64,000 bases of DNA from contig CAZNJK010000001.1 of the NCBI GenBank assembly GCA_964573405.1, positions 29,054 to 93,053 on the forward strand. The letters are read 5' to 3'. Under the pieces are notes generated by a model. It was not told the origin of the DNA, did no database searches, and was given only the letters and a program-made list of their open reading frames with translations. This DNA is from an uncultured Christensenella sp. (GTDB lineage: Bacteria > Bacillota > Clostridia > Christensenellales > UBA1242). This document shows, piece after piece, positions 59,506 to 64,000 of this stretch (within the stretch, counting starts at the first letter, position 1; each line of letters begins with the position of its first letter). The position numbers were made by a program, and so were the translations under genes.

Positions 59506-59691
59506 AAAAAATTCAGAAATTGCAATCATTTGTTTTACAATATCTCAAAAATTTGATATTATGTAAGTGTATATATGGTGGTGTAGTGCTACCTAATGTG
59601 TACAATATGCTCTTTTAAAATTTGACAAACCGCTAAATATAGGGATTTTAGCAGTTTATCACGGAAAATTAATAAAAGGTCAGAAGGAAAA

Positions 59692-60429
59692 ATGGATAAA
59701 AAAGAAATCAAAAAAAGGAAAAGAAGACGCAATAGACTTATCAAGACTTTCGTTCTTGTAGTGGCTCTTATTGTTGCCGTAGGTACTACGTTTGGCGTGA
59801 CTATGTCTTACTTCGGTGGAAAATCGGGTACTTCCACTTACGATATGGTCCTAAAAACCGGTCTTTATGTCAACAATGCTAATGCTGGCGGATCGGTGAG
59901 CAAAACCGCTTATGTTGTGCCTAGCCAAGTTATATCTGCTAATTGCCAAGTTAGTGTGAAGTCTGCTTCTAGTAAGACTGGTACGGCAAATACTGACGAT
60001 AGTGCTTCAGACGCACTTATTAGAGCAATCATTACATTCAGTAGCGAAGATGGTGTAAATGCTTCTCTTGGCGACTCAGCAAGTTTCCCAGTTTCGATAG
60101 GCGGTACAACTATAGGAAACTTCGTAAAATACACCGATGATAATTATTATTTGATTGCAAGTGGTACTTCTATTACAGATTCTACTTTAATGTATGTTGT
60201 AAAGACTAGCGAAGGCGAGAAGACATTGTCGTTCGATATGGTCGTAAGCATTCCATCAAGCCTTGACAATTCCGCTAGTGGCAAAAAAGTTACTTTAACA
60301 GTAACCTACCAAGTAATCCAAGCAGATTTCTTTAGCGGTAGTTCGACTGCGGTTAATAAAAGTGTTAAAAATGCAAAAACAATATTTGACGATACAAGCG
60401 TAAGCGGTGACGCATCATATACTGATTAA
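59692..60429 (+). CDS. TasA/CalY-like protein 2 with SipW-type signal peptide
   Basis: VTMSYFGG; YQVIQ; promoter TTTACA, 17 bp, TATTAT at 59534-62; terminator 60449-60484. Confidence 0.72.
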   Translation: MDKKEIKKRKRRRNRLIKTFVLVVALIVAVGTTFGVTMSYFGGKSGTSTYDMVLKTGLYVNNANAGGSVSKTAYVVPSQVISANCQVSVKSASSKTGTANTDDSASDALIRAIITFSSEDGVNASLGDSASFPVSIGGTTIGNFVKYTDDNYYLIASGTSITDSTLMYVVKTSEGEKTLSFDMVVSIPSSLDNSASGKKVTLTVTYQVIQADFFSGSSTAVNKSVKNAKTIFDDTSVSGDASYTD

Positions 60430-60941
60430 TATAATTAAATACTAAATTAAAGAATGTGAGTTATTTGCTTACATTCTTTTTTTTTAAAAAAAATAACAAT
60501 CCTCATTTATATAATCTTAAATAGAGTGATGTATATAGTGAATAATAATATATAATGTGCGATATATTATGTATATGATAAGGCTATATAAATAAAAACC
60601 TATATAATAATATATAACATTATACATAATACATAGTACTATATAATAATACATAGGGTTAATAAGTCAACTTATATTTATTTATATTTATACTTGGGAC
60701 TTGTGTAATTAAAAAAAGTATTTTAAACTCATTAATTTGTCGAAAATACAAATAAAATAAAAAATTTGAAACAAACTATATTAATCAATAAATTAACCAG
60801 CGGGGTAGTAATACTAAAAAAGTATGGTCACTTTGACCATAAAAACATTATAATTTTATAATTTTTTGAAAACCTTTGATTTTTTTGTCAACTTTTTGAA
60901 AGTTTTATAAAAATATGTCAAAATTCGTTTTACAAACTCGT

Positions 60942-61102
60942 GGTCTTTATGGTAATATATAGTTAATAAAAAAAGGAGAATATAAAATGGAAAACAAAAA
61001 CAAAAATAAAAAGAAATTGTTCGCTATCATCGGCGCTTCCGCTCTCGCTTTCGTGCTTACTATCGCTCTTAGCGTCTCTATCACTTTAGCTTATTTCGGT
61101 GG
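60942..61102 (+). repeat. 161-bp inverted repeat, left copy (extended -10, RBS, signal-peptide coding sequence)
   Basis: Identical to the reverse complement of 62415-62575 by manual comparison. Confidence 0.95.
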
Positions 61103-61643
61103 TACTGCTAGTGGAACATCTAGTGTAACATTAGGTGGTTCAGTATTCCTAGGTGATGCAAATAATCAATCAATTACCATGAATAGTGCTTATACTGGTG
61201 CAGTTCCTGGACAAAAAATTGATGTTACTGTAAATGGCACAGTTAAATCATCTTCTACACAAAATGCAGCAGTAATCTTACTTGTAAAAGGCGATGTTAC
61301 TCTTGATAGTACTACAACTGCTTGGACAAAATTAACAAGTGTTAAAGTTACTCAAGGTAGCGATAATTATACAGTATATGTATATGGTACTGAAAATAGC
61401 ATGACAGTAGTTAAAGCAACAGAATCTGGTGCTGAACTTACTCAATTCAAAGGAACTCAAACAGTTTCTACAACATTAGATAATGGTGAGGCAGATAGAG
61501 TAGTTACCGATGCTGCAGTTAGTGTTCAAATGATTGCTATTCAAAATGGTACAGAAAGTACTGACACAGCTAAATCATTCAGTAATTTGAAAGAAATTTT
61601 CCAAACTGTAGGAAACATTACATTTACTAACACTGCTGAATAA
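60987..61643 (+). CDS. TasA/CalY-like protein 3 with SipW-type signal peptide
   Basis: ITLAYFGG; MIAIQ; Thr/Ser-rich; strongly T/A-ending codons; terminator 61670-61705. Confidence 0.78.
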   Translation: MENKNKNKKKLFAIIGASALAFVLTIALSVSITLAYFGGTASGTSSVTLGGSVFLGDANNQSITMNSAYTGAVPGQKIDVTVNGTVKSSSTQNAAVILLVKGDVTLDSTTTAWTKLTSVKVTQGSDNYTVYVYGTENSMTVVKATESGAELTQFKGTQTVSTTLDNGEADRVVTDAAVSVQMIAIQNGTESTDTAKSFSNLKEIFQTVGNITFTNTAE

Positions 61644-61903
61644 TTTATAGTGCTTAATTAATTAAAAATAAAAGTATATTATATTTATATAATATACTTT
61701 TTTTTAATTAATATATAAGGTCTTAAATTTTATTCTTTCGGGGGGATTTTAACATTTTGCTACTCGCAAAATGTTCCGCTTAAAAACTACTCACTTTAAT
61801 TTAATCGCCACAATTAGTTATATCCACTTTAGTATGTTAAATAACATCTATGGCACAAAAAAATACTATTACATTGATTGTAATAGTATTTTTTATTTTA
61901 TAA

Positions 61904-62530
61904 TTAAGCAGCTGTGATTTGAATATTGGCGATATCTTCAACTACTGCTTCATAAGAACTTGCACTAGTTTGAAGTGTTGTACCTTCAGAATTATAAACA
62001 ACTTGTACTCTAACGAATGTTACAGTAACTTTCATAGTAGCACCAGCATCAGTATTAGTAAGTGCTGTACCTACTGTATCAGTATATGTAAGAGTTTTGT
62101 TTACTGCAGTTGTTCCAAGTTGAGTTACAGTACCAGCAGTACCAAGATAGTAAACATCATTACCATCAGCGTCAGTACCATACTTTGTCCAAGCACTATC
62201 GATTGTTGGGTTATTTTTGATACTTGTTCCAGTTGTTTCTACTCCAACTACTGCGAACAATACTGAATCAGTTGTTGAAGCTTCACCTTCTGCTGTAGCA
62301 GTTACAGTATATTTTTGTGTTGGGATAACTGTTTCTGGATTAGCTGTTACTGTAGCAGATTCATTCAACTTAACAGCAGCACCCAATGTAATTGTTGCAT
62401 TACCAGTACTTGTTCCACCGAAATAAGCTAAAGTGATAGAGACGCTAAGAGCGATAGTAAGCACGAAAGCGAGAGCGGAAGCGCCGATGATAGCGAACAA
62501 TTTCTTTTTATTTTTGTTTTTGTTTTCCAT
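61904..62530 (-). CDS. TasA/CalY-like protein 4 with SipW-type signal peptide (first 39 aa identical to protein 3)
   Basis: ITLAYFGG; FVRVQ; terminator 61857-61894. Confidence 0.78.
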   Translation of the reverse strand: MENKNKNKKKLFAIIGASALAFVLTIALSVSITLAYFGGTSTGNATITLGAAVKLNESATVTANPETVIPTQKYTVTATAEGEASTTDSVLFAVVGVETTGTSIKNNPTIDSAWTKYGTDADGNDVYYLGTAGTVTQLGTTAVNKTLTYTDTVGTALTNTDAGATMKVTVTFVRVQVVYNSEGTTLQTSASSYEAVVEDIANIQITAA

Positions 62531-62575
62531 TTTATATTCTCCTTTTTTTATTAACTATATATTACCATAAAGACC
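62415..62575 (-). repeat. 161-bp inverted repeat, right copy
   Basis: Reverse complement of 60942-61102. Confidence 0.95.
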
Positions 62576-62854
62576 TTAAATCTTTGTAAGAAAGGTATGT
62601 CTTTGATTTTTATAACTATTCAAAAATTGGCTTTACAAAGGTTTTGGCGGTGGGGGTAATATGCAAAAGAAGTATTTGTGGCTTAATTTAGCCATTTTTT
62701 GTATTATTTGGGATTTAAGATAAGAATAATTATTCAAAAATATTCAAAAAAATTTATAAATATACCATATTTTATTTGGAAGAAAATTAATTTGAGTGTA
62801 TAATTATAAGTGTATAGGGAAGGTAATTTCGCTATATAATGACATAGGGGAAAA

Positions 62855-63793
62855 ATGGAAACGACATTGGAATTTAATCACACCCCCGTAATGCTAAGAG
62901 AGTGCATAGAAGGGCTGAATATTAAGCCTGACGGAGTGTATGTGGACGGCACGCTTGGTGGAGCGGGACATAGCAGAGTGATAGCGAGCAAGCTTAGTGG
63001 TGGGACGCTTATATGTATAGATAAGGACAGTGACGCGCTTAAGGTTGCAGGCGAAAGGCTTAGCGAGTACGAGTGTGTAAGGCTAGTGAAGAGTGATTTT
63101 AAGGAATTTGCTAGCATTATGGACGAATTGGGAGTTGATGAAGTTGATGGAGTTTTGTTGGACCTAGGAGTAAGTAGTTATCAACTAGACACTGCTGATA
63201 GGGGGTTTTCTTATCGATTTGACGGGCCGTTGGATATGCGAATGGATAAGGAGAGTGATTTTAGTGCTTATAATGTGGTGAATGAGTACACTTTGGACGA
63301 GTTGGCAAGGGTGATAAGGGAGTTTGGTGAAGAGCAATTTGCTAGGAACATAGCGAAGAACATAGTAGCCGAGCGAGAGAAGGCGCCCATAACGACTACT
63401 GCAGAACTTAACGAGATTGTGGAAAGGAGCATTCCTAGGAAGTTGTGGGGGAAAGGAAGTGTAGCGAAGAAGACGTTTCAAGCCATAAGGATAGAAGTGA
63501 ACAACGAACTTCGTGGGCTTGACAAGGTGCTATATGACATTATAGGGAAGCTAAGAAAAGGCGGAAGGCTAGCGGTAATTACATTTCATAGTCTGGAAGA
63601 TAGGATTGTGAAAAATGTATTTAAGGACTGCGCTACTGGGTGCATATGTGATAAGAGCATACCTATATGTGTGTGCAATCATAAGGCGACGGTAAGGCTG
63701 GTGAATAAAAAACCGATTGAGGCGAGTGCGGAAGAACTTGGCGTAAATAAGCGAAGTGCGAGTGCGAAACTTAGGGTGGTTGAGAAAATTTAG
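62855..63793 (+). CDS. rsmH: 16S rRNA m4C1402 methyltransferase RsmH (MraW)
   Basis: HTPVML, DGTLGGAGHS, DLGVSSYQLD, LDMRMD, FQAIRIEVN, ITFHSLEDR, SAKLR. Confidence 0.98.
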   Translation: METTLEFNHTPVMLRECIEGLNIKPDGVYVDGTLGGAGHSRVIASKLSGGTLICIDKDSDALKVAGERLSEYECVRLVKSDFKEFASIMDELGVDEVDGVLLDLGVSSYQLDTADRGFSYRFDGPLDMRMDKESDFSAYNVVNEYTLDELARVIREFGEEQFARNIAKNIVAEREKAPITTTAELNEIVERSIPRKLWGKGSVAKKTFQAIRIEVNNELRGLDKVLYDIIGKLRKGGRLAVITFHSLEDRIVKNVFKDCATGCICDKSIPICVCNHKATVRLVNKKPIEASAEELGVNKRSASAKLRVVEKI

Positions 63794-63810
63794 AAAAAGG
63801 AGAGAAAGAG

Positions 63811-64000
63811 ATGGCAAAGTTGAAGAAGATAATGTTGCACGACAATATGATGACGGAAACTATGGACGACGAGTTGGTGACGACTGCTAAAACTGATAAT
63901 TTTAGCACCGATTACACTGCCGACAAGTTGAACGAACTTTACAATGAGTTTGATAGCATTACGCTTGACAATAGCGCGATTGACACGATAACGAAGCGGG
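63811..64000 (+). CDS. Partial hypothetical protein (FtsL position), runs off the right edge
   Basis: AAGGAG RBS, ATG 63811, no stop before 64000. Confidence 0.6.
   Translation, partial: MAKLKKIMLHDNMMTETMDDELVTTAKTDNFSTDYTADKLNELYNEFDSITLDNSAIDTITKR

Noticed and set aside
61815-61842. dif/Xer site (GTATGTTAAAT resembles the XerD arm)
   Set aside because: The would-be XerC arm (TAGTTATATCC) does not match; single half-site in AT-rich DNA.
58729-62530. Type IV pilins
   Set aside because: No class III signal (G|F...E5); the hydrophobic segment precedes the AYF/SYF motif, as in SipW substrates.

Overview
Low-GC (roughly one third G+C by eye) chromosomal segment of a spore-forming, probably reduced-genome Clostridia-like Firmicute. 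The taxon is an inference from gene content, sigma-A/F/K-like promoters, a T-box and a large-type SRP RNA. It is mostly housekeeping genes on the + strand: efp, addBA, gap, mnmA, eno, recX, acpS, mazF, lgt, trxB, ung, ileS, lspA, tig-clpP-clpX-engB and rsmH. A divergent groES-groEL pair and the SRP RNA lie on the - strand, and orphan and membrane proteins are interspersed. I saw no tRNA/rRNA, CRISPR array, transposase or site-specific recombinase. The best candidate for an undescribed system is at 58.7-62.6 kb: four TasA/CalY-like fibre-subunit genes with SipW-type signal peptides. The last two point towards each other and share a perfect 161-bp inverted repeat (extended -10, RBS and the whole signal peptide), while their -35 regions and mature domains differ. 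This is the layout expected of an invertible cassette that switches which fibre subunit is strongly expressed. Other notable items: a poly-G tract in the -35/-10 spacer of a surface-protein promoter, a ~17-unit phased 10-bp repeat array, a triple 22-bp operator-like repeat, a MazF with a non-canonical acidic partner, a ZorA/MotA-like coiled-coil protein and a T-box with an atypical bulge. All calls come from reading the sequence; no database search was run.
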